Shown here piece after piece: positions 1 through 8,109 of a stretch of 64,000 nt of DNA. Source of the stretch: an uncultured Gemmatimonadales bacterium (GTDB lineage: Bacteria; Gemmatimonadota; Gemmatimonadetes; Longimicrobiales; RSA9); assembly GCA_963783305.1 (NCBI GenBank), contig CAWAMW010000007.1:1-64000 (forward strand), in the 5' to 3' direction. The notes below the pieces were generated by a model that saw only the letters and a program-made list of their open reading frames with translations, was not told the origin of the DNA and did no database searches. Position 1 is the first letter of the stretch, and each line of letters starts with the position of its first letter. The position numbers and the translations under genes are program-made.

Positions 1-156
1 GAGGCGTCATCCAAGGCCATCGTCCTGCCGGTGGGGTTCCTGCTCGTCGTGCTCGCCTACGTGTGGGCCGTGGCCCGGGAAGGTCGTGGCGCGGCCAACC
101 GGCAGGCGATCGCGGAGAGAGCGCGGTCGACGGGAACGGCGCGGTGGAACGCATGA
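1..156 (+). CDS. C-terminal part of a membrane protein (runs off the window)
   Basis: Frame 1 is open from base 1 (EASSKAIVLPVGFLLVVLAYVWAVARE...) with a hydrophobic helix; its TGA at 154-156 overlaps the next ATG (ATGA). Confidence 0.65.
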   Translation, partial: EASSKAIVLPVGFLLVVLAYVWAVAREGRGAANRQAIAERARSTGTARWNA

Positions 157-1109
157 CGAGCGGCTTCCGACGCGTGAGGTCGATCGCCGCGCTCGTGTGC
201 GCATGTGCGGCACTCATCGTCGCGAGTCCCGGGGCGGCTCAGACGACGCTCGCGGCGCTGCTCCTGGAGCCGGGTGGGCAGTCGACCGTACATCCGGCCG
301 ACCTGGCTCTTCGTGAGTGGAAGCAGCTCGATCTGACGCGGGAACAGGTGTCAGCGATCCGCGGGATCCAGAACCGGGTCCTGGACGCGGCGGAACCGGT
401 CATCGAGGCGCTGCACGGGCTGGAACCGCCGCGGCCCGAGATCTGGTGGGGCGAGGCGGAGCCGGACGAGGAAAAGATGAGGAGGTCGTTCCGCGAGTTG
501 ACTGAGCTGGAGATCGATTTCTTCGTCCGGTTCGTCGAGCTGGGACGGGAGGTCTACGAGTTGCTCGACCCTCACCAGCGGGAGACGCTGCGCGCTCTCC
601 AGCGGACCCCGCCGGACCCGCGGCTGACCTTCCCGGAGGAAGCCCGGCTGTGCATCGGAGGGTATGCGAGTGGAGGGTTCGTGCTCAACTCGCAGGTGAC
701 GGTGCACTACGCGGTGTCCTTCGAGGGGGATACGGCCGAGGTGGGTGTCGTGTGGGTGGGTCGAGCGGAGGAGGAGCTGTACGGGACAGCGGCTCCGCCG
801 GACCCGCCCGACATTCCGGACGCGCCCCGCTTCCTCACGGGCGGGAACATGGAGAACTGGTACGTCCAGTATGACCGGGAAACGAATCGCGCGTGGCTGG
901 ACACCGAGAGGATCGACCTCGGCTCGGACAACGTTATCCTGCTGCACGGCGTCGAATGGCTGCACGACCCGCCCGAGGTGATGGGAACGCACAGGATCCC
1001 GAGCCGGCTCTACACCGGAGGGTGCCGGGGGGACAGGGACTGGTCCGACATCCTGACCGCCGCGCTGCTGGAGAACGAGTCCATCAGGGCGTTCGTCGGA
1101 ATGGACTGA
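153..1109 (+). CDS. Secreted protein with N-terminal Spy/CpxP-like (LTxxQ) domain and unknown C-terminal domain
   Basis: Signal peptide ending ...PGAA-Q; LDLTREQ and YELLDPHQ motifs; start moved to ATG153, coupled to the upstream stop. Confidence 0.65.
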   Translation: MTSGFRRVRSIAALVCACAALIVASPGAAQTTLAALLLEPGGQSTVHPADLALREWKQLDLTREQVSAIRGIQNRVLDAAEPVIEALHGLEPPRPEIWWGEAEPDEEKMRRSFRELTELEIDFFVRFVELGREVYELLDPHQRETLRALQRTPPDPRLTFPEEARLCIGGYASGGFVLNSQVTVHYAVSFEGDTAEVGVVWVGRAEEELYGTAAPPDPPDIPDAPRFLTGGNMENWYVQYDRETNRAWLDTERIDLGSDNVILLHGVEWLHDPPEVMGTHRIPSRLYTGGCRGDRDWSDILTAALLENESIRAFVGMD

Positions 1110-1255
1110 GCCGACGTCGCCTTTCAGGGAATCCACCGGCATGGCCGCCACCGGGAGCCCCGGCGACGGCGTGATCCGGGTCCGGGGGCGTGACGGAACG
1201 GGCAGGGAAGTCGGCGTCGTCGTCGAGTGATCAGGGCACCAACCGGAGCAGAATC

Positions 1256-1477
1256 ATGAAAAAGAATCGCCGCCCGGCTCTCCTCATCCTCAGCGTCATC
1301 GCGAGCGTGGTGGTGGCCCTGGCGGGCGCGGCTTCGCTGCTCGAGACCGCCCGGGCGGTCGACGTGGTGATGCTCGTGGCCGGTTCGTTCGGAGCCGGAG
1401 CGTCGATGGTGGCGGCGGTGCACGAGTACCGGGCGTCGGGTCGGACCCCGCGAAGGGGGGGCGTGGGCGACGACTGA
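1256..1477 (+). CDS. Small two-TM membrane protein
   Basis: GGAG upstream of ATG1256; basic N-terminus MKKNRR followed by two hydrophobic segments. Confidence 0.65.
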   Translation: MKKNRRPALLILSVIASVVVALAGAASLLETARAVDVVMLVAGSFGAGASMVAAVHEYRASGRTPRRGGVGDD

Positions 1478-1629
1478 GCGATCCGTCGCCCTCACGCCCT
1501 GGTTGCGACGCCGTGCGCCGGGCCACACCTTTTCCGGAGACCCGTGGCCGCGGCGGCTTTCGACCCCCTTCTCGCGCCGCAGCGGGTCCGCTCGCGGACA
1601 TCCCAGAACACCCCGACAGAGGATCCTAT

Positions 1630-1968
1630 ATGGGCTCTGGTGCGTGGCAGTGCCCGGAGTGCGGGGAGCGGCACGAAGACGGGTTCAGCGAGTGCTGGAA
1701 CTGCGGGTACGCGCGGGGGTCCGGCGGTGACGAGTCGGTCCGTGGGAGCGGGACCGCCGATCCGATGCAGTGTCCCGTCTGCCGGTTGACGCTCGATTTC
1801 GTCGGGACGAAGAAGTTCCACGAAGGATCCCGCGCGGCGCCGTTCGTGTTGGGCGACTTCGGAGAGCTGTTCGTGAAGCGGGAGCACTTCGATGTCTACG
1901 TCTGCTCACGGTGTGGTCGCGCCGAGCTGTTCCTGGGCGGGGTGGGGGAGGAGTTCCGGCCGCACTGA
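1630..1968 (+). CDS. Double zinc-ribbon protein
   Basis: WQCPECG/CWNCG and CPVC/CSRC pairs; GAGGA RBS before ATG1630. Confidence 0.75.
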   Translation: MGSGAWQCPECGERHEDGFSECWNCGYARGSGGDESVRGSGTADPMQCPVCRLTLDFVGTKKFHEGSRAAPFVLGDFGELFVKREHFDVYVCSRCGRAELFLGGVGEEFRPH

Positions 1969-2013
1969 AGAGAGACCGGCGGCGAGTTGTTTCTTGAACC
2001 ACGGGAAAATCAA

Positions 2014-2502
2014 ATGCTCGAATGTGCAGTGCTGCTGCTCGGCGCGTCGCTCGCCGTCGGCTCCGGCGACGTACCACCCGTTCGGTTTGAGGTGGACGAC
2101 ACCGTGCAGATCCTGGCCGTCGCCTACCGTCATCACGTCGCCGGAAAGGCGATGGACTCCGCCGCGGTCAACATCGAGGTGGATCGGGAATATCCGGGCG
2201 ACGTCTCGGAATCCGTCCTCGTGGAGCTGGCGGCGGAGCTGGGTCTCCCGACCGCACGGCGGTCCGAGGTCCTGTGGTGTGACGAGGCGCTGACGCTTCC
2301 GCGCCGGTGTGGCCTCCGGGGCATCCGACAGCTGGTGCTGTTCAGCCTGTACGAGATCGAGGGCGACCGTGCCGAGGTACTGGTGGGACGGCTGGGCGAA
2401 TGGCGGCCGGAACGGGTCAATGGTGAGAGCACCACGTACGAGCTTCGCCGAACGGCGGAGGGGTGGAGGGTGGAGAAGGCGCTGATCAGCGCCGCGACAT
2501 AG
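2014..2502 (+). CDS. Hypothetical exported protein
   Basis: Hydrophobic N-terminus; C-terminal YELRRTAEGWRVE strand motif; coding-like codon use. Confidence 0.65.
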   Translation: MLECAVLLLGASLAVGSGDVPPVRFEVDDTVQILAVAYRHHVAGKAMDSAAVNIEVDREYPGDVSESVLVELAAELGLPTARRSEVLWCDEALTLPRRCGLRGIRQLVLFSLYEIEGDRAEVLVGRLGEWRPERVNGESTTYELRRTAEGWRVEKALISAAT

Positions 2503-2573
2503 GCGTTCACTCGACGACCGGGATCGACGCCGGCGACGCCTTCAACACGAACCCCAGAACTCTGGAGGGAGCG

Positions 2574-2870
2574 ATGATCGACGAATCGGGGAGGGTCCAG
2601 CAGCTCGAACGGAAGCTCCGCCTGGCCGCGGGCATTGCGGTCCTCGCCCTGGCCGCGGCCGTGATCGCGTTGTTCAGGGGCCCGGCCACAGGCCCGGCAG
2701 CGGCAGGCGGGACCGCCGTCGAACTGGCGGGTGGGGCGAGCCTCGAGATGGTGGGGCAGGACCTCCGGATCACGCTGCCGAGCGCGAGCTCGTCGGTCGT
2801 GCTGCAGACGCCGGCCGGCGAGGAGATCGCGCGGTTCGGGAGCCCGGGGCCGCGGCAGCTCGGGGAGTAG
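2574..2870 (+). CDS. Small single-pass membrane protein
   Basis: GGAGGGAG RBS; short coiled coil RVQQLERKLR then one TM helix. Confidence 0.7.
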   Translation: MIDESGRVQQLERKLRLAAGIAVLALAAAVIALFRGPATGPAAAGGTAVELAGGASLEMVGQDLRITLPSASSSVVLQTPAGEEIARFGSPGPRQLGE

Positions 2871-2892
2871 ACGAAGCAGGGGAGGAGTGGAT

Positions 2893-3777
2893 ATGTGGCG
2901 AATTGCGGTTCCCATGATCGTCTGGCTGTTGCTCGCCGCGACAGGTGTCGCGGCCCAGGACGAGCCGGATTTCACTCCGATCAATGAGCTGGCGCGGCTG
3001 GTGAACGCCGAGGAGGTCGCGGCGCTGATCAGCCGGAACGCCGCGGCGGTGGATGTGCCGCGGCAGCCGTGGCTCATGGCGGGCGGCGCGGCCGGCGGCG
3101 CCGTCGTGGAAGCGCGCGGTGTGGTCCACCTGTGGGTCTTCGTGGAGGCGTCGGGGGAGGTCGGCAACGCGCGACTGGACCGGCTGTCGGAGGCCTCGCC
3201 GCTGGGGCCGATCGTGCTGGACGCGGTCCCGGGGATGCGGTTCAGGCCGGCGCAGTACCGGGGTGAGTCGGTATCGGCCTGGCTGCGGCTGCCGGTGCTG
3301 GTGTCCGGTGATCCGGTGCGGTCGACCCGAGCGGACGCGGTCCACGCGCTGATCCTGAGCGAGCTGCTCGAGCGCGGCGAGGGGTGGTGGGGGTACCCGG
3401 CGCCGGCGGAGTACTGCCTCGCCATCGCTTCCGGCCACATGCTGCCGTCGATGGCAGAGAGCCGCGACCCGAGCAGGGCGGTCCTGGACGAGGTCCAGCG
3501 CGCCCATCCCGGCAGGACCTTCCACCCGGCGAGCCGCTGCAGCAGCGGAGGCTATCCCGTGAGAGGTCCCTCGGGGAAGGCCGCGGGTCTCCTGTGGGTG
3601 GCGCCATTCGACGCGACCGACGGCCTGACGCTCGAGGGCGGCTGGTCGGTGCAGCGGGACATGACGACCTGGGAGTGCTCGCTGGACCCGCGGGTGGAGA
3701 CGATCGAGCTGCGCGGATGCAGCTTGCTGGGCGAAACCGAGGCGAGCCGCCCCGGCGTCAGAGCGACCGGGCGTTGA
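2893..3777 (+). CDS. Exported protein containing a TonB C-terminal-like domain
   Basis: GGAGGAG RBS; signal peptide (VAA-Q); RGVVHLWVFVEASGEV...MRFRPAQYRGESVSAWLRLPV resembles TonB_C. Confidence 0.7.
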   Translation: MWRIAVPMIVWLLLAATGVAAQDEPDFTPINELARLVNAEEVAALISRNAAAVDVPRQPWLMAGGAAGGAVVEARGVVHLWVFVEASGEVGNARLDRLSEASPLGPIVLDAVPGMRFRPAQYRGESVSAWLRLPVLVSGDPVRSTRADAVHALILSELLERGEGWWGYPAPAEYCLAIASGHMLPSMAESRDPSRAVLDEVQRAHPGRTFHPASRCSSGGYPVRGPSGKAAGLLWVAPFDATDGLTLEGGWSVQRDMTTWECSLDPRVETIELRGCSLLGETEASRPGVRATGR

Positions 3778-4588
3778 ACGTGTCGCACCGGTCCGGGTCC
3801 CCGGACTCGTAGCCCGTCCGGAACCACCGGGCGCGCTGCTCGGAGGTCCCGTGGGTGAAGGACTCGGGTACGACGACGCCCTGGCTCTGTCGCTGGAGCG
3901 CGTCATCGCCGATGGCGGCCGCGGCGTTCAGCGCCTCCTCGATGTCGCCCTGCTCGAGGTATCCGCGCTCGCGCTGGTCGTGGGCCCAGAGGCCGGCGTA
4001 GCAGTCGGCCTGGAGCTCGCCGCGGACGGCGGAGCTGCCAGGCCCGCTCTCCTGGTATCCGCTGAAGCTCTCCATGGCGCCCGTGAGGTGCTGGACGTGG
4101 TGGCCGACCTCGTGGGCGATGACGTAGGCCTGGGCGAAGTCGCCGGCGGCGCCGAAGCGGTCGCGGAGCTGGCGGAAGAAGCCGAGGTCGATGTAGACCT
4201 GGGCGTCGCGGGGGCAGTAGAAGGGCCCGACGGCGGAGCTTGCGGTCCCGCACGCGGAGGCGACGGCGTCGTCGAAGAGGACGAGGGTCGGCTCGGGGTA
4301 GTCGGACCCGGCGGCGGCGAAGATGCGGTTCCAGGTCTCGTCGGTGTCGCCCAGGACGACCGAAGCGAACTCGCCGGCCTCGTCCTGCGGCACGCCCATC
4401 TCGCCGGACTGCTGGGTGGCGCCCGGCCCGGCCGCGCCGCTCTGGAGCAGCGCGGACGGGTCCACGCCGAACAGCATGGCGATGACGACCATCGCCACCA
4501 TCCCGACCCCGCCCCCCACGGCGCCCTTCACCGGAATGCCCCGCCGGTCCTCCACGTTCGAGCTCCCCCTGCGGCCTCTCCAGCGCAT
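3758..4588 (-). CDS. YpfJ-type neutral zinc metallopeptidase
   Basis: MRWRGRRGSSNVEDRRG start, GPFYCP, AHEVGHHVQ (HExxH), ELQADCYAG, SFTHGTSEQR. Confidence 0.92.
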   Translation of the reverse strand: MRWRGRRGSSNVEDRRGIPVKGAVGGGVGMVAMVVIAMLFGVDPSALLQSGAAGPGATQQSGEMGVPQDEAGEFASVVLGDTDETWNRIFAAAGSDYPEPTLVLFDDAVASACGTASSAVGPFYCPRDAQVYIDLGFFRQLRDRFGAAGDFAQAYVIAHEVGHHVQHLTGAMESFSGYQESGPGSSAVRGELQADCYAGLWAHDQRERGYLEQGDIEEALNAAAAIGDDALQRQSQGVVVPESFTHGTSEQRARWFRTGYESGDPDRCDTFNARSL

Positions 4589-4628
4589 CGCGATCTCCCG
4601 TCTGGTGTCCCTGGTCGCGTCGACGGGG

Positions 4629-4644
4629 TGCAAGGGACGGGCCG
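4629..4644 (-). promoter_or_regulatory. Candidate sigma54-like -24/-12 element for the metallopeptidase gene
   Basis: Minus strand CGGCCCGTCCCTTGCA has GG-N10-GC spacing with TTGC, about 40 nt upstream of the start. Confidence 0.35.
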
Positions 4645-4721
4645 GTCGAAGCCCAGCCTTCCTTGGCCGGTGTGTCGAGCGCACCTTACAGGGAGTCTCC
4701 CCAGGCTCAGGAGGAGCCCTC

Positions 4722-4973
4722 ATGAGGATCCTGGTCATCGGCTGCGTCCTGGTCGCGCTGGCTGGCTGCGCGTCATCGCAGGATCAGCCGCAGGACGGCC
4801 TGTCGGGCCCGGCCACCAAGGTCGTCACGCACAAGGTCGTCCCCACCACCCTGATCGCCGCGGATGGCACCCTCTGCACCGTCTCCGCCCTGCGGTTCCA
4901 GGACACCAGCATCGGCGACACCTTCTTCTGCGCCTGGCGCCGAAGAGGCGAAGGCCCACCCCGACCCCGCTAG
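4722..4973 (+). CDS. Small lipoprotein
   Basis: AGGAGGAG RBS; lipobox LAG-C; two further Cys (CTVS, FFCAW). Confidence 0.8.
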   Translation: MRILVIGCVLVALAGCASSQDQPQDGLSGPATKVVTHKVVPTTLIAADGTLCTVSALRFQDTSIGDTFFCAWRRRGEGPPRPR

Positions 4974-4988
4974 CCGCCGCCATGGGCG

Positions 4989-5186
4989 ACTGCGAGGCGA
5001 AGCCGAGCCACCCTGCCGGCGAAGCCGACCATACTGCGAGGCGATAGCCGAGCCATACTGCGAGCGCAGCGAGCCATACTGCGAGGCGATAGCCGAGCCA
5101 TACTGCGAACGCAGCGAGCCATACTGCGAGCGCAGCGAGCCACACTGCGAGGCGGAGCCGAGCCACCCTGCCGGCGAAGCCGGCCA
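4989..5186. repeat. Tandem array of nine 21-24 nt units built on GC-GNA-GC mini-hairpins
   Basis: Units such as TACTGCGAGCGCAGCGAGCCA, TACTGCGAGGCGATAGCCGAGCCA and CCCTGCCGGCGAAGCCGGCCA, read directly. Confidence 0.9.
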
Positions 5187-5223
5187 TTCCCCCCGGTACG
5201 CAGAGTGCGTTGACCTCTCAACC

Positions 5224-8109
5224 ATGCCAATACCGCACTCGACCTACCGACTCCAGCTCCGACCCGACTTCGATTTCGACGACGCAGCGGCCGTCGCCGA
5301 CTACCTCGCCCGGCTCGGAATCTCCCACCTGTACGCGTCGCCGTACCTGCAGGCGGCGCCGGGCAGCACGCACGGCTACGACGTGGTGGACCCGACGCGC
5401 GTGAACGAGGAGCTGGGCGGCGAGGCGGGTCACGAGCGGCTCCAGCGGTCGCTGGGGGAGGCGGGGCTGGGGCAGGTGCTGGACATCGTGCCGAACCACA
5501 TGGCCATCGGCGGGCGGGAGAACCGCTGGTGGTGGGACGTACTCCGGAACGGTCCCGCGAGCCGGTTCGCGTCGTTCTTCGACGTGGACTGGGACCCGCC
5601 GGAGTCGCGGCTGCGGAACCACGTCCTGATCCCGGTGCTCGGGGACCATTACGGCCGGGAGCTGGAGGCCGGGGACATCCGGCTGGAGTTCGACGACGAC
5701 GAGGGGTTCCGGGTCCGCTACCACGACCACGTCCTGCCGGTGGCGCCGCGCTCCCTGGGGAGCATTCTCGAGGGCGCCGCTGACGCGGCGCGGAGGGGCG
5801 CTGGCGCGCCGGGGGCGGCCGCTGCGCGGCCGGGAGGGCCGCTTCGCGGCGGGGACACCACTTCCGGCGGGGCGCACACTTCCGGCGAGCAGACTCCTTC
5901 CGGCGGGGCGCATACTCCTGTCGAACACCCTCTTGTCGGCTCCGCCGACTCCGAGGTGGAGGATCTGGCGTTCGTGGGGCGGGCGCTGGGGGACCTGGCG
6001 GAGCCGGGGGTGGCGGAAGGGGCGGCGCGTCGTCGTCGGCAGAGGGACCTGGAGGCGCTGGACCGGCGGGTGGCGGCGCTTCTGGGGCGAAACGAATCGC
6101 TGCGCCAGGCGGTGTACGCGGAGTTGGAGGCGGTGAACGGGAACGCGGACCGGCTGGACGCGGTGCTGCGGTCGCAGAACTACCGGCTGGCCTACTGGCG
6201 GGTGGCGGGGCAGGAGCTGGTCCACCGCCGGTTCTTTGACATCGACACGCTGGCGGCGCTCCGTACGGAGGACCCGGAGGTGTTCGAGGCGGTGCATGGC
6301 CGGGTGCTGGAATGGCTGCGGGCGGGGGTTCTGGACGGCGTGCGGGTGGACCACCCGGACGGTCTGCGTCGGCCGGGCGAGTACTTCCGTCGGATCCGCG
6401 ACGCGGCGCCGGACGCGTGGGTGGTGGCGGAGAAGATCCTCATGCCGGACGAGGCGCTCCCGGACTGGCCGGTGGCGGGAACCACGGGCTACGAGGTGCT
6501 GAACGACGTGCTGGGCCTGTTCGTGGACCCGGCGGGGGAGGCGCCGCTGACGGGGCTCTGGATGGGGCTCACCGGGGACGGCCGCGACTTCCACGACGTC
6601 GCGTACGACGCCCGGCGGGACGTGTTGCGGGACGTGTTGGCGGCGGATGTGAACCGGCTGGGCAACATCTTCGTGCACCTGTGCGAGGAGCGTCGTCGCT
6701 ACCGCGACTTCACGCGGCCGGAGCTGAAGCGTGCGCTGGCGGAGGTGGCGGCCAGCTTCCCGGTGTACCGGGCGTACCTGGGCGAGGCGAGCCCGGAGGC
6801 GGAGCGGGAGGAGGTGGCGGGGGAGCGGGACCGTGCGGTGATCGACGCGGCGGTGGACGCGGCGCGGTCGCGGAGCGAGGCCCGGGGCGGCGAGCTGGAC
6901 CCCGAGCTGCTGGATTTCCTCCGGGCGATCCTGGTGGGCGAAGTGCAGGACGACGAGGCGCGCGGGCTGCGGATGCGGTTCCAGCAGCTGACGGGGCCGG
7001 TGGCGGCGAAGGGCGAGGAGGACACGGCGTTCTACCGGTACCATCGGCTGTCGGCGCTGAACGAGGTAGGCGGCGACCCGGGGCGGTGGGGTCTTTCGCC
7101 GTCGTCGTTCCACGAGCGGATGGCGCGGCGGTCGCGGGAGCAGCCGGAAGCCATGAGCGCGCTCTCCACGCACGACACGAAGCGGTCGGAGGACGTGCGG
7201 GCGCGGCTGGTGGCGCTGTCGGAGGTGCCGGGTGCGTGGGCGGACGCGGTGACGCGCTGGCGCGCCCGCAACGCGAAGCACTGGCCGGACGGCGTGGAGC
7301 CGGACCCCGCCATGGAGTACCTGCTCTACCAGACGATGGTGGGCGCCTGGCCCATCGACGAGGAGCGGGTTGCGGCGTACATGGAGAAGGCCACGCGGGA
7401 GGCGAAGCTCCGGACGTCGTGGACCGACCCGAACGCCGGGTACGACCAGGCGCTGCGCGGGTTCATCGCGGCGCTCTACGACTCCCGCTTCGGCGACGAG
7501 GTGGCGTCGTTCGTGGCGCCCCTGATCGGGCCAGGGCGGGTGAACTCGCTGGCCCAGAAGCTGGTGCAGCTGACGGCGCCGGGGGTGCCGGACATTTACC
7601 AGGGAACGGAGCTGTGGGACCTGAGTCTGGTGGATCCCGACAACCGGCGGGCGGTGGACTTTGGTGCGCGGGCGGGGTCGTTGGAGGTCCTCGGGGAAAG
7701 GTCGGACGGGGACGTGGACGTGGAGGGCATCCTCGCGGGCATGGACGAGGGTATACCCAAGCTGTGGGTGGTGCGGCAGGCGTTGGCGGCGCGGGCGCGG
7801 TACGCGGCGGCGTTCGCGGGCGGATACGAGGGGCTGGCGGCGGTGGGGGCGGCGGCGGAGCACGTGGTGGCGTTCGTCCGGCGCGGATCGGGCGCGGACG
7901 GGGGTGGTCGCGAGCGGGCGCTGGTGGTGGTGCCGCGCCTGACGATCCGGCTGGCGCGGTCGGGCGGGTGGCGCGGCACGGCGCTGCGGGTGCCCGAGGG
8001 GGAGTGGACGAACGTGATGACGGGGGAAACGGTGCGGGGAGGGGCGGTCGAGGTCGCCTCGCTGCTCGGCCGGTTCCCGGTGGCGCTGCTGGTGAAAGAG
8101 GTCGCATGA
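5224..8109 (+). CDS. treY: Malto-oligosyltrehalose synthase (GH13)
   Basis: STYRLQ, GSTHGYDVVD, DIVPNHM, GVRVDHPDGL, EKIL, STHDTKRSED, SLVDPDNRR. Confidence 0.95.
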   Translation: MPIPHSTYRLQLRPDFDFDDAAAVADYLARLGISHLYASPYLQAAPGSTHGYDVVDPTRVNEELGGEAGHERLQRSLGEAGLGQVLDIVPNHMAIGGRENRWWWDVLRNGPASRFASFFDVDWDPPESRLRNHVLIPVLGDHYGRELEAGDIRLEFDDDEGFRVRYHDHVLPVAPRSLGSILEGAADAARRGAGAPGAAAARPGGPLRGGDTTSGGAHTSGEQTPSGGAHTPVEHPLVGSADSEVEDLAFVGRALGDLAEPGVAEGAARRRRQRDLEALDRRVAALLGRNESLRQAVYAELEAVNGNADRLDAVLRSQNYRLAYWRVAGQELVHRRFFDIDTLAALRTEDPEVFEAVHGRVLEWLRAGVLDGVRVDHPDGLRRPGEYFRRIRDAAPDAWVVAEKILMPDEALPDWPVAGTTGYEVLNDVLGLFVDPAGEAPLTGLWMGLTGDGRDFHDVAYDARRDVLRDVLAADVNRLGNIFVHLCEERRRYRDFTRPELKRALAEVAASFPVYRAYLGEASPEAEREEVAGERDRAVIDAAVDAARSRSEARGGELDPELLDFLRAILVGEVQDDEARGLRMRFQQLTGPVAAKGEEDTAFYRYHRLSALNEVGGDPGRWGLSPSSFHERMARRSREQPEAMSALSTHDTKRSEDVRARLVALSEVPGAWADAVTRWRARNAKHWPDGVEPDPAMEYLLYQTMVGAWPIDEERVAAYMEKATREAKLRTSWTDPNAGYDQALRGFIAALYDSRFGDEVASFVAPLIGPGRVNSLAQKLVQLTAPGVPDIYQGTELWDLSLVDPDNRRAVDFGARAGSLEVLGERSDGDVDVEGILAGMDEGIPKLWVVRQALAARARYAAAFAGGYEGLAAVGAAAEHVVAFVRRGSGADGGGRERALVVVPRLTIRLARSGGWRGTALRVPEGEWTNVMTGETVRGGAVEVASLLGRFPVALLVKEVA

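Noticed and set aside
4989..5186. CRISPR array
   Set aside because: Units abut with no unique spacers, the cores themselves recur, and there are no cas genes in the window
4864..5223. 120-aa N-terminal extension of TreY with PYCE repeats
   Set aside because: It is the translated repeat array and overlaps the lipoprotein gene; TreY homology starts at ATG5224
5218..7863. 881-aa antisense ORF
   Set aside because: Shadow of treY; high GC suppresses stops and the product is Arg/Pro-rich with no motifs
6312..8105. Gly/Ala-rich N-terminal half of the 1176-aa ORF
   Set aside because: Off-frame read-through of treY; TreZ begins at ATG8106
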